From Raillietiella orientalis (lineage: Eukaryota), in the NCBI GenBank assembly GCA_036172245.1, contig JAYWIR010000023.1, forward strand, positions 1,054,001-1,118,000: a DNA stretch of 64,000 nucleotides. The letters run 5' to 3'. Position numbers and translations under genes: made by a program. Below, in pieces: positions 51,760 through 63,400 of this stretch. The stretch's first letter is position 1. The number at the start of each line of letters is the position of its first letter. Below the pieces are notes generated by a model, which did not search any database, was not told the DNA's origin, and saw only the letters and a program-made list of their open reading frames with translations.

Positions 51760-54700
51760 TGCTCTTCCGATGCCATGTTTCCGTGACTCGAGACCGTGGG
51801 TATCGACCTGCAGGGATAACTCTGAACCACGTCTTCCGCGCTCCAAACACTCGAGTCCTTGACGAGTTTGATCTTCCGCAGAAGTCCTCTCTACGAAGGA
51901 GATATCAGCTTCTTGGGAAAGGGAAGGTCATTCCGCTCACGGTGGTGCCGCCATCCCAAGCTGAGGAGCCAGGATCTCCTCTCCTCTGCCCCAAGGAACA
52001 TGGGAAAAGTCGACGAGGCAACCCCATAATCTGCGAGCTCCGTTCCACGGTCCAGCTCTTTCCCACGGAAAGTATAAGAACCTTTGACAAAGGAAGAAAG
52101 AAGCTCTCGCAGAAACGAATCTGCTGCAACCAGATAGAGAGTGGATGGCAGGGCCTTGGACCTCTTGAAAGGAGGCACTTCCCGAGTGACTCACCTTGAA
52201 ATGAAATCACGTATGAGGCACCTTTGCAAGGATCAGTCGACGACGGCACCCACTCCAGAGGCATAGCTATAAAAACCTCTTCCTGCCTGAGACAATTTTG
52301 CTTTTACCAGATCTCAGAACAGCTATTTGGAGTGTCTTCGCACTGTCCTGAGGGAGCAGTCTTTGCGTGTGCAAGATAAGTGGACTCTCACTCCGCTGAG
52401 ATCTGTTCTTGTAATGCTGAAACCGCGGTGGTTTTCATCCTCTCCTGACTGGGGGTGCAGCACAGCAGAGGGTTTGAGATTTCCTCAAGGGCAACTAGTT
52501 TCTGACCGTGAGCTGATTCGCTCCTTCTGCGAGACAGAGTTGCAGACGATGACTCGTGTTCCCTGGCGGCGTCGCGAGGGATCGAGCCACGTCTAAGCCC
52601 CCTGCGACCAGCCCGAGTTTCCACATTCCGGACCCTAGCAGCACTCCTTTTTTGACACCTCGCTGATCGAAGTTTTTGCGTCCTCCTCGGCCATGATGAA
52701 ATCACCATCCATGAAGCGAAGGCAGGAAGACGTCCTTGAGCACTCAACGCTGGCCGGGGTTCCCCATTACGGTCCAGCAGCGAGAAATCTTCGCAATTAC
52801 CTCCATTTGCACTTTGAAGCCGGCACTCGGGTGGCGTGGAGAGCCAGCACGCCCGCATCCACGTCAATCAGTCTTCCAGAGCTTTCTTGGGAGACGGATA
52901 TCCTTGGAGGGCCCAAGCGTTTCAGGGAGCGGAACAGTTTTCTTATTTCTCGTGGGCTCTTTTTTGGTGGACCAGCGCATCTTTTCCATTTCTCTACGTG
53001 GAGCGGGGTCTGTTCTTGTCGTGTCTTAATTTCAGGCCGGGCACGTTGATTGGAGTGTGTTCTATAATGAGGTGCTCTGTGATAATCCTGACCAGTGGAC
53101 CAAACAAAGATGGCATTTGTAAGTGCAATCTGAGGCAAAAGAAAACAACGATGGTGCTGGACGGTCAAGGAATCTGCTCCTCCTCTTCGAACAGACATGC
53201 TGGTAAGATATCGAGTCCAGAGGAACGCAATAGCTCCAAAGAGCAAGGAAGCAGTTAAATTTCCTTTGAGAGGACCCAAAAAGCATGCGGCCCGAGGATA
53301 CTTTGGGTCACGGAAAATTTTACACAATGTAGAAACACACAGGAAGTGGCGAGTCGGCAATCACCTACGACGGTGGAGGAGGACCTATGGGCAAGATGGG
53401 AGACCACTGGTTCACCCTGCTGGGTGTCTCGGAAGCAGCTGCCTTCCCTTCGCGGAGGCCGTTTCCAAGGATTCCACGAGGGAGTGGGGGGAGGAAGGAC
53501 GTCGCTGTCCGTCTGAGAACGATCCAACGTGGCTTCCTCCCGTTACAAAGTCTCACCCCTTCCCGACCAATGGAAGGCCACCGTTCTCTATAGGACGGCG
53601 TCGTGCATCAGTACGCTTCACGGTAAGTAGAAAACACTCAAGATTTGAGGACTGCCGATTTGTCCCTGAAGCGTAGATCGACTTGTGCGAGCAATGCCAT
53701 CCTTGGGAGGGTGTCACATGTGCAGGAGGTGTGCCGTATGAGAGGAATCCCTCAAGAGCATCCTCGATCCCGCTTCGGTAAGTTGAAGGTGATGAGTACC
53801 ATGAGGCTTGGAGGACTGGTGGCTCGGATTAAGATGGCTACCTGGGAAAAACGGGAGCTGGTGGGTCATCCTATCCCGGGAGCTACGAGAACGGATGTAC
53901 CGTGGCTACGGAAGGAGAAGGAGAGTTACGCTGGACGCCCGTTGCCCTCCCGAATAGTCAGTCGAGCATCCAGTGGAGGAGGCAAGGCAACTTCGGGAGA
54001 GCGGGTGCCAAGGAATGGATCTCCATGGCGAACCCAAGCGAGTACCTTCATTGGCGCGAGAGATGGGCGTAAGGTTCGTGAGATCCAGCTAACAACAGCG
54101 TGGGGAGAGAGTCTGAAACCACTGGAGAACACATCACCTGTTGCGGAACATGTGCTGGAAGCAAATGTTGGGCCACCGTCCGTAGTTTTAAGTCACCCTT
54201 GAGAATCACAGGCCAACCAGGAGGGAGAGATGAAGAGGCAGAATCGGTTGCAGAGCAGGTGGTGGATTTCCTATGATTGGTTGCACTCTTTCTCCCACCC
54301 CTAACCCGTAGCATACTTTGTGAATAACAAATCCAAACCCATCGAAGATCGGAAGCCTCCCATGGAGGGACGAGGAGGATGATGGTCTCAAAGTAAACAT
54401 GGAAGACGAAAATCGCAAAGCGACGAGGAACTCAGAAACATCCGAAAGCTCCTGGGAGCTTCTGGAATCTATTGATCACTTCCTGAGATTCGGAGATCAG
54501 GGAGGTCGTTGCAGATGCAAACTCTTTCCAGAGTGAGGAGCTGCAGGCTGGAGTGCTCTTGAAGTATCCAGAAGGAAGGAGGGACCCCACATGCTTTCTC
54601 ATTCGAAATGGAGATCCCCTGGAACTTGGAAATCCGTCCGGCCCGACTGCGCCAAAATGTTCCTCTTCGTGCATCCTCGAGAATGCACCCAGCAGACGAC

Positions 54701-55600
54701 TGGAATGCGTCACGAGCACGGTTACTGCCGAGCGCCCATATCGAAGACGCAATCCATTTATTTCCCCGTGCTTTCACGGACAGGTCCTGTGATTCTCCTG
54801 GCAACTGAATAGGCAGGATTCGATTACCGTGCAACGAGGGAAACGAGGTGTCCGAGGAAGCGTGAGGAAACGCCGGAATCCACCATCATTTCGGGCACCT
54901 ACTTCGTCACAGGATGGGCACAGCAAGCGAGGGCGGTTCGTGTGACGCAGGGTCGCGTGGGAAGCCACGCACGACGACGCAAGGAAGCGATGGTCTTTTA
55001 TCAAGAATGCCGGTGGCAGCATTGAAAGAACGGCAACAATAGAGTGATTCTTTAGGAAAGGAAGAGGAGGAAGAGGAGGGAGCAGATCGCCGCCAATTCA
55101 GCAAGGGCTCATTCGCGGCACGCAGCCATATCAAGAAGATACTGACTACAAGTGGGAAAGAGAACGGGATGCTCCTTCCACGGAGGCAAGGGAGAAGATG
55201 ATCGAGTGGAATAGCGAACCAGGGAGGAGCAGGAAAGAGAGGGATCATCATGGGCGCGTTTTTGATGACAGTTGTAGACAAGGAAGGGAACAGGTTCTCG
55301 GGAGGGCCTCGGAAAGCGAATTATTGGGGAGCGAGGATCAGGAATATCGATGAAACAAGAACACGAGCTTCCGCTGATGCGTGTCTTCGATGACGCCCAC
55401 CTCGTTCCACTCCGCCCCTTGCTCGGCCTTCTGGCGATGGCGAGGACCTGGGGTGAGATGGTAGCTGAAGTGGGAAAATCCTCGTTCCGCTTGCTGCATA
55501 CGCCGTTCCCGAGGGAAAACGAAATGTGCTGCCATGAGACGGTCGCCGGCGACGTCGTGGGGACTTCAAGGTACTCATGTCCCGGGAGTTGACTTCCTGT
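51760..55600 (-). mobile_element. Second decayed Tx1/L1-like retrotransposon (APE + RT)
   Basis: APE motifs SAVTVLV, LLPSGYF..SLWKEF, PGAFGC (GDFNC). RT motifs PREIRKLFRSLK, GRLPAFASWMVIS, LPSTLYLVAADSFLREL...ELADYG (LSPxLF..EPLLR..YADD). Confidence 0.65.
53410..53660. repeat. ~250-bp direct repeat, copy A (copy B at 55,865-56,150)
   Basis: gaacgatcca.cgtggcttcctccc...cttcccgaccaa.ggaaggccaccgt...ggacgg.gt.gtgc.t.agtacgcttca.ggta is shared by both copies. Confidence 0.85.
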
Positions 55601-55864
55601 CGTCCCTCATTCGAAAGTTTTGCTCCGTGGGGGCTGGTGCCTTCCTCGAGCCATCAAAATGAATGCAGTGGAGGAGGGACGTTTGCCGAATAGAGTCCTC
55701 CCATTCTCTCCAGTCTCGAGACACGGTTACCGAGGAAAGAAGGCACAGAAACGAGATGAAGAGTCAGAAGGAGCTGCATCACCTCTCCCCGATTTCTAGG
55801 CGCTGGAAGGAAGGAAAGAATTCAACGTTCTGTTGACTTGGATGCCTGCAAGTTTGTCTGGGAT

Positions 55865-56150
55865 TCGCGCCCTGCTGGTGCAGTGCGTTTGTCTCCACAC
55901 TCACGCGGACGTCGTGCTGGCGGCGGTAGGACGTCGGCAGAATCGCCGGGTTCCTTCCGTTTCCAAGTCTACCACGACGAAGGATGGAAGGAAGTCACCG
56001 CCTGTCTGTGAACGATCCAGCGTGGCTTCCTCCCACTACAAAGCATCCTTCCCGACCAAAGGAAGGCCACCGTCCTGTATTGGACGGTGTTGTGCGTTAG
56101 TACGCTTCATGGTACGTGGAGAACACTTGAGTTTTGGGGACTACCGATTT
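55865..56150. repeat. ~250-bp direct repeat, copy B
   Basis: Homologous to 53,410-53,660. Confidence 0.85.
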
Positions 56151-57699
56151 CCAAGGAGACGGGCGTCGTCCTTGGTCAAATCCCGTGGCTCGCAACTTGA
56201 GCGATTTACGATTTGGGGATTCCCGGTGCCTTCCTGGAACGTGATTTTCCTCTCACTCTTCTGGCGATCTCTGGCATCTGCCACTTGTAGTTAGGCACGA
56301 GATGGAAGATCGTCTCCGGGGTCAGCGGGCAAGAAGGACTTGAGTTAGGGGTGCCGACTGAAAGGTGGATCAGGAATCGCTCGGGAGCGATCCCGGAGAC
56401 AGCGTCAACCATGGAGGTGACCTGCTCCTTTTCCCCTGCATCACACTGCACGGATTTTCCCGACCCGGGGCAGAAGAACCGTCTGGAAAGCGAGGCGGCC
56501 CGCCCTGGGGCACCGTTCCGCATCACGCGGCCGGCCACACGCGTTCCAAAGAGAACTTCGATCCAGATGGACAGTCAATTAATTAGAAGGGGCAGCGTCG
56601 CATCCTCATTATGTGCCGGCGAGGGGTCAGCCTGCATTCCGTGCGCCGCATTGTGATTGCGGGAAAGCTTTCGTTTTCCTCAAGCATGCCGCGCTCCCGG
56701 GATTCCTCGCATCCCCGGTGGAACGCTCACGAAACGAAGATGAAAGGGAGTGAAATGGAGGAACTCTTCGAGTGTGGCCTACAATGGACAAAAGCCGAGG
56801 AGCCGGTGGTGTAACGGACAAGAACGAATCATGCACGAAAAAACGGGAAGAGGAACAAAAAAAGGAACAAAAAAGAGCAGGAGCTTTACCGGAAAATAGG
56901 GGGATCTCGAAAACAGCTGCATCATGCAGGCTCACGGAATAGAGAGCGGCAACCCTGCCAAACCATTTTCGAGATTTACCCTCTTCTGCTCCGGATTGAA
57001 GTCACTCGCGCTATCGCCATGAAAACCTGCCCTGGATGTCCGTGCCAGCTCCGTCTGCCCGTCCATGTCAAGACGAAAGGCATGTGTGGGAGAGGGTGAA
57101 GGGGGGGGGGAAGAGGATTGGACCAAACGGTCGCTCTCTTTTCGGCACGGATTTTTTCTTCCGGGTCTTGCGGCCCGTTGGAAAAAAATCATCGCTTCAC
57201 AGTCCGCTCGTGGTTTGATCTTTGCAAGCGAAAAGTCCGCCTCCTACGTGAGTAAGGGAGAGGACAGGTAACCGAGCATCTGCCATGGCTCGAAGACGTC
57301 CCAAGACAAAAAGGTTATTCTGTTCTTTCTGTTTTTCTTTTTAGGGCGGGGAGAGCGGGACACGAGGAAAGGATGCTTCCACCCACAGCGCTCTTCGAAC
57401 GCCCCCGCGGCGATACGAACTAAAGACGACGGAAGATGTGGGCTTACTTGCGCAAGCGGGCAGGTACATTTCGCAAATCGACGGCATTATGGTAACTATT
57501 ACTACCGGTATTACTGCTGCTGCTAGAAGTAAGAGGGAGAGCTCCATCGAACGGCGAATGAGCTGTATGTGTTGCCAAGGCAGCAGGAGTGAAGCTTCCG
57601 ATGTGATTCTCGTTGCTTCGATATCAGAGGCAACGGAGCAATGAAAAAAGGAGGAGGGGGGAGGGAGAATCTTCGTTTCAAATTTCAGGTGGGAGACAC

Positions 57700-59220
57700 G
57701 GCGCAAATAAGTGACTTTGCTCCGGGCACTGAGAAAGACATCCAGACGCTTTCACCACGACGTTATTGCACCCAACCACCAGCATCCTTGAACCGCGTGC
57801 ATCCCACCGTCCAGACGCTTGGTTTTCCGCACAGTTTTCCGATGATTCAAACAGTTGCCATGGTGCCCTTCCCGCCGGTAATCTGCGCGCCCAACTTGGG
57901 GAGAAGAGGTTCTCGGTCCGCGCGCACCGACCCGCATCGGCTGCCTCCGGATGCTGGCGGGTGCGATACGGAAGTGCAGAAGGCCTTTCCTATCTCACTC
58001 CGCCTCCCTCCCTTTCCGTTGTTGCGTGCACGACCACGAGGCTGGAGCAGATCCGCTTTCCGGAGACGCGGGGAACCGAACTCAACACCGCGATGGACGA
58101 ACGATCGCCATCACCGATTCCAGCATCCGTGAACTGATGGGTTTTCTTTTTCTTCCCCTTTCCTCAGCTCAGCTCGGAAGCATTCAGACTCGTCCCTCTC
58201 CTCTCCCCCTCCCCGTCGCCAAGGGAGCGCGAATCCGAAAGTCGCGTCCACTGCTAACGATGACACGGCAGCGGCGTATTCGGGCCCCTGGCCGTGTTTA
58301 CCGTGGATCGACTTTTGGTTAGCGAGCGGAGAGATTCAGGGTCTGAAACCACGAGGGGCGCATTCTCCCTTGAAGCTGCGGAGAGGGGGGAGGGGGGGAG
58401 AGAGAGATCGGTCCACATCTTGCAGCCAACCTCAGGGCCCAATTTCGTGGGAGCTTCCATAGCACGTTCGCTTCTGCCGTCGGAGAAATGGCCTTTTGAT
58501 TAATCAGCGTTTGCCAGAGCCCCTGTCGTCGGTCCTTTTCCAAAAACGCGGGAACGCGTCTCGGCAGCACTTCCTGAGCTTTCTCGAGCTTTCCGGCGAT
58601 CTCTCGTTACATCGCTCGTTTTTCCCACCGTGGTCCATTCGTTCTCCTGATTGCGGATCCGGGAAACACTTTCGCAGATTCCTCTCTGCTTTCTGGATGG
58701 CTGTTTGTTTTCATCGTAGAAAACGATTATCTTCCACGCACATGTCGATTCTTCAAAGCATCAGAGTCGAGTGGGCAGCGAAAGTAGTGAAGATAAGGAT
58801 GCCGAAGGACTCGAATGTTGAGAAATCCTTCTGCTTATCGCCTGCCTCGAAATGGCGAAGATCTTTCGGTGCAGCTCCGAGAGCAGATCCCAGGGAACGC
58901 GCGGAAATGCTCTGCTGTTTTCGTCTACAACGCCCGAAATTTCCGGTAGAAAGTCTGCATCCGGACCCAAAGGTGCAGCGAAGTGATGTTTACCGTGTGT
59001 GCGGTGGATGGGGAAATCCACGCGCAAATCTCGCAGCAACCGCTGTGCTCTAAGCAACACGAAAATAGGATCGAAGCGAGGAGACTTTCCTTTTCCTCGG
59101 TCTTGAAGTTACGCTCGTGAGGAGCCTGTGGTCCATGGTGATTTATCGTCGTTCCGAGCATTTCGAAATTTCCGTGTTAGTAGCTAATGACGTCACGTTC
59201 TTAAGCATGTGGTACCCGTA
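57700..59220 (-). mobile_element. Penelope-like element remnant (RT end, possible GIY-YIG)
   Basis: TINHHGP...NFKTEEKESL / LLRDLRV (LN..HP.I.FT.E.E..LPFLD-like), with a weak GIY-YIG-like segment near 58,000. Confidence 0.3.
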
Positions 59221-59318
59221 AAAGGAGACCGTTATTAATTCTTTTACTTTGCTTGCATTGGATAGCCCATAGCGGAGGCGGGCAATTCACGGCCCTCGTT
59301 GTCCTTTTGTTAGCCCCT

Positions 59319-60392
59319 CGAGGCTTTGATCGGTGCTGACCCCTCTGTTAGGACACACTCGCTCCCGTGAATCCAGCACCTCTAGCGCCTCCGGCTTCAC
59401 AGCGAAAATTCATCCCGAGTCGCTTCCGCGCGCCTGCCACCTCCGCACGCCATGAGCGAGTTTCAAGCTGACCGCGGACGGCCACGTGGAAGAAGCCGTC
59501 GTCGTGGACCTCTCCCCTTCGTTGTCTCCTTCCCTGCGGTTTCCTGCGCGCAAACCATTTCCCCTCCCCCCCCATTCGCGCACCGCGAACGAAAACCATT
59601 CGGCGCGTCGGGCAAGCTGACCGGCGGCAGTCGAACGCCGCGCGAAAGGCAGCGCGCGTGGCGAGGCCTCTCTTCCTCCTCTGGCCACGGGTCGCAAAGC
59701 CGTGCAGGTGGAGCTGGAAACGGCGGATTGCTGTGGTCTCGCACCGAGGGCTTCCCGACTGCGAGCGAGCGCTCCGCTCGTTGTTGCTTAAGGAAAGGAG
59801 TGGCTTCTTCGGTCGCCTGGATTCGCGACCCTCGGTGCGAATCCAGGCGACCGAACATCTTTCTCGAGTACCTGGCTTCGAGCCCGCGCCCGGTACTCGA
59901 GAAAGATGGCGTCGCTATGAAGCCGCGCGAAGAAGGAAGAGACCGACGCACGCATTGCGGCGCATTTCTTGAACGGACCGCGTCCGGCCGCGCGTTCCCG
60001 GGGCGGAATACGCGGCCCTCTGCGACAGGCACGTTGCCCGACGCCGCTCGAATCGGTGGATCGATGGAATTCGTTGCGATGCCAGCTGGTGCTCAGCTGA
60101 GCCACCGGAAATCTCATTCTCTCTCTCACTGCCGTGTGAAGACAGGCGTCAGCAACGAGTCCCCTGGCGTTTGGAGATCGGCTGTTGCTGGCTGTGTTGC
60201 TGCCGACGAAGAACCCCAAACTGAAACTGTACCATGGTTACGCAGCGAGGAATCGAGGGGCTCTGCAAGCGATCATCCGCTCTTGCATTGGCGGTTCGTG
60301 AATGAATCTCGAACTCACCTGACAACTGGGTGCGCCATTTTGACCGTGCAAGATGATGCAGCGAGTATGAAAATCCTCACGGCGAGATGATG
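59319..60392 (+). repeat. 1,074-bp inverted duplicate, copy 2; lies immediately upstream of U2 and probably includes the snRNA promoter
   Basis: Reverse complement of 30,742-31,815. It ends 11 nt before the U2-like +1. Confidence 0.97.
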
Positions 60393-60403
60393 CTGTGACA
60401 AGC

Positions 60404-60440
60404 ATCCTTATCGGCCTTTTGGCTAAGATCAAAGTGTAGT
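60404..60440 (+). ncRNA. U2: U2 snRNA 5' fragment (interrupted gene / pseudogene)
   Basis: ATCCTTATCGGCCTTTTGGCTAAGATCAAAGTGTAGT: the last 30 nt match the invertebrate U2 5' end (stem I plus branch-point recognition GTGTAGT). The expected continuation ATCTGTTCTTATCAG is absent. Confidence 0.9.
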
Positions 60441-60930
60441 CCTTGTCGATCCTTGGCATTCAGCGCTCCTTGCGCGAATCGTAGGAAAGGCGCGTGCGAG
60501 CGTGGGTGCAAACCGTGGAGTGAGCGTAAGTCCGCACACACCTTCTTCCCCCCTCGGAAACAGAAAGGAACGAAGGCGCATTCCACAGCCACTCTCGGAA
60601 GTTGTGCTCATGGAGATTACGTTTGTGTACGGATAGGAGGGGAACTTATCGGTTTTTGTTTCGTAAACAGATGCTGGATGAAAGTTGCCTCAAGCCTTTC
60701 GAAATGCCCGACGCCATGGATGCTTAAGCATGGTGATCGATTCCTCCTTTGTGTTTGTGTGATGATGCAGTTTTTTTTTTTTTTTTTCTTCTTTCGACTG
60801 CGGGCCAAGTTCCCACGGGCTTAAAGAACTCTTTCGCGTCTGAGGCGCACAAACACGTGGAGGAACCGCCAGTGCTCTGGAGCTCGTGCCGAAAGGAGGT
60901 CTCCCCCATGTCTTCTTGTTCGACCCGCAA
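60441..60930 (+). mobile_element. 5'-truncated Utopia-like RLE retrotransposon inserted in U2
   Basis: Directly after the U2 break the sequence reads LVDPWHSALLARIVGKA...VSVSPHTPSSPLGNRKE...EVVLMEITFVYG* (RHNAILxRL..A..RPD..VxIxDVTxPFE-like), then KLPQAFRNARRHG. Same orientation as U2. Confidence 0.55.
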
Positions 60931-62049
60931 CGGAGGGTTCGGAACCGAGGATTTCGTCTTCGTACCATCATCAGTAGCAGCGAGACTCTTCGTGGCGTGT
61001 TATCCTTTGCGGCACCTCGCGGTACTCCGAGGCATCGCCATCTCGTTGACAGCTCGTGCGTTCGAAGACGGGAACCTTGAAACGCGAGGTAATTGCTGCC
61101 TCTGATGAGGAAAAAGAAAGGGGGAGGGAAAGAAAACGAGAAGAGAAAAAACTTTCAAGGCTGCGTGCTCATCAGACGCAACAAGCGGATACTCGCAGCT
61201 TACTCCAGTGAATGGACGTCGCCCACCCCCACCGTCGAGATGAACGAACCGCGTTCTCGAGAAAACCGTGATCCTTGGGATCGCGGTGCTTTCCGCCGCT
61301 CTTCGTTTTCTCAGCGTCCGCCCAACCGCATTTCTTCACTTGGAGGATCTGATAAAAAGGAAGGGAACTTTCCGAAGAGAGTGGGAAGGAGGTTGAGTGC
61401 AGGCTGCACCCCTTTTTTTTTTTTTTCCCCTCCTCGCCTCCCTCCTTCCTTTCCAAGGGGACTTCTCCCTTTCCTTTTTCCGCATCCGAGGGGACGAGCC
61501 GTAAAATTCGGGCGGATGCCGACCGGGGCCGAACGCCGGTTCCACGCGAATTGCGGCTTCCGGAGGGATGTCGGCTCCTCTGCCTGCCGCCTCGCGTCGC
61601 CGTGGCCACCACACCGCGAGAGGGAAATCTCTTTATCGAGCGATCTCACCTCGACAATCCGTTTCTCTTGAGGCGGAGGACCACAAAAAATACAAGAAAA
61701 GAAAAGAAAAAAAAAAAATCAAAAAAAATCAAAAAAAGAAAAAAAAGAAGCGAGGAAGGACGGAGATCAGGCCACGAGATACAACCACATCTCACGCACT
61801 TTCTAACGAAAACTCGCACTTAATTTCAAAGAATTTGCATTGTTTACCGGCAGCCAGAAGTGTTTAAGGCCGTTTGCTTGAGGAGCCACGGAACGCCGGC
61901 CACGCGAGGGGAGATAAAAAGCCGGGAAGGCTCTCGGGCCGAGATTCACTGTTTCTGCCTCATTTTTCGGAATTGTAGGTCAATGCTATGTGTTCCGTAG
62001 GCTAATTTCACAGTCGGCTCACTTATGCTGAATTATGAAGTAGTTAAAT

Positions 62050-63400
62050 AGTGGAATCATTTCACTTTTCAAACAGTTCGTTCCGCATTGGACTCGCATG
62101 TGCATCGTTAATCACCATGGGAACGCTGGAGGTAAGCCGATCGCGGGATCTCGCGGATCGAGGCTCGGGGACGTTGCCGGAGAAGAAGCCGTTGTCGTTG
62201 ACGTTTTGCTGCTGCTGTTGTTGTTTTTCTGGCCAGAGCCTCCGGTTTATCTCGGGCGTGGAGCGATTCGTCCCGGGCGACGAGCACGGTGGTGGTACGG
62301 AGGCTGGGTCCTCGCAGGGGAGCGCGGTGCCTTCTCACGGAAACCTTCCTCGGAGATCCCGGACTCGCCCCGGTGGCCCCGGCAAAGGCAGAGGTGGCTG
62401 CAGTCGGGCCGTGCGAGAAAACAAAGTGGGGTGCCACCCCAGGTTCGTCGGCCACGAGCCCCGTCCGAGAGGTGTCGCATCTCCCCCCCTCCCTCCCACC
62501 CACTGAAACTCGGGGATGCGCGATCCCATCTCCCTGAGCAGGTAGGGCAGATGCTTGAGACCGGTCGGGGAAAGGAGGTGGTGGGCAAGACGACTACGGC
62601 ACTCGCCACGCAGTCATACGAGGCGAATCTGGAGGCTGTTCTTCCTGGAAATCCGCGAGTACCTTCGGAAATTGCTCCTCCGGGAACTGGGGCGACACAC
62701 GGAGCCAGAGCTGCACGCCGCTGCGGATTCCCCGGCCGTCCGCGGAGGTGCAGCAGCCGTTGCCAGGAGCTCGCCGCGTCGCCTCTCGTTGCCGCGTCGC
62801 TCGCGGTGCCTCCCGGTGGCTCCGGTGATGAGCTGCGACCGTGAGGGTCCCGGTCCGATCGCGAAGGCAGGGGGTGGGGCCGCTCGACCCGACGCCAACT
62901 CGCCGCCTAGGAAGGGAAGCCGGAAAGCAGGCTCGGAAGGGTGAAGGGGAGGGGTAACGAGGCCCCGATCGACGTGCTCGAGGCGCTCCGAAAACCGGGT
63001 GAAAATCGAGGAGCTCCAATATCACACGGAAGCGCTTGATCACGTGATGCACCAGCCGCACGAACGCGGGAACCAAAAAAAGAAAAAAAAAGGGGGGGAT
63101 TACCCCGGCGATGAGAAGCGCTGGAGACGTCTTGCCGAACACGAGACGCAGCTCTTGCTGCCGCCGGGAGCGAAGCGAAATGAGAGGGAAGCGTTGCTCC
63201 TGAGGACGGTGGCTCCCTGGGAATTCAAGCCACCCCCTTCCCGTCTCTCCGTTCCCGTGAGTTGCAGGAGAGAGCGCCGCTTGCAGGATCCGAGGGAAGC
63301 GCAATCCCGACAGCTTCCTGGACGCTTCCGAGCGGCGCAGTTTTAGGCGCCTTCCGGAGAGAGGGAAGCGGGGCAACCCAGAGGAAAAATCGCTCGGGTC
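62050..63400 (-). mobile_element. Degenerate RT of an RLE-type non-LTR element
   Basis: RRQQELRLVFGKTSPAL (L..FLD..AF); ELASGRAAPPPAFAI (GVxQGxPLSPxLF); LRVSPQ (GLxxNP); HLPYLL (YxYLG); LVARDESLHARDK. Confidence 0.45.

Noticed and set aside
52401..52410. atctgttctt, matching the U2 bases just after the insertion site
   Set aside because: The match stops at 10 nt, lies inside a Tx1-like RT region, and is upstream of rather than downstream of the U2 5' fragment. Likely chance.
30742..60392. Inverted repeats as TIRs of a ~30-kb Maverick/Polinton or other giant DNA transposon
   Set aside because: No TSD, no AG-repeat termini, and no polB/integrase/capsid/transposase inside. The interior is retroelement debris, and the repeat ends at a U2 start site.
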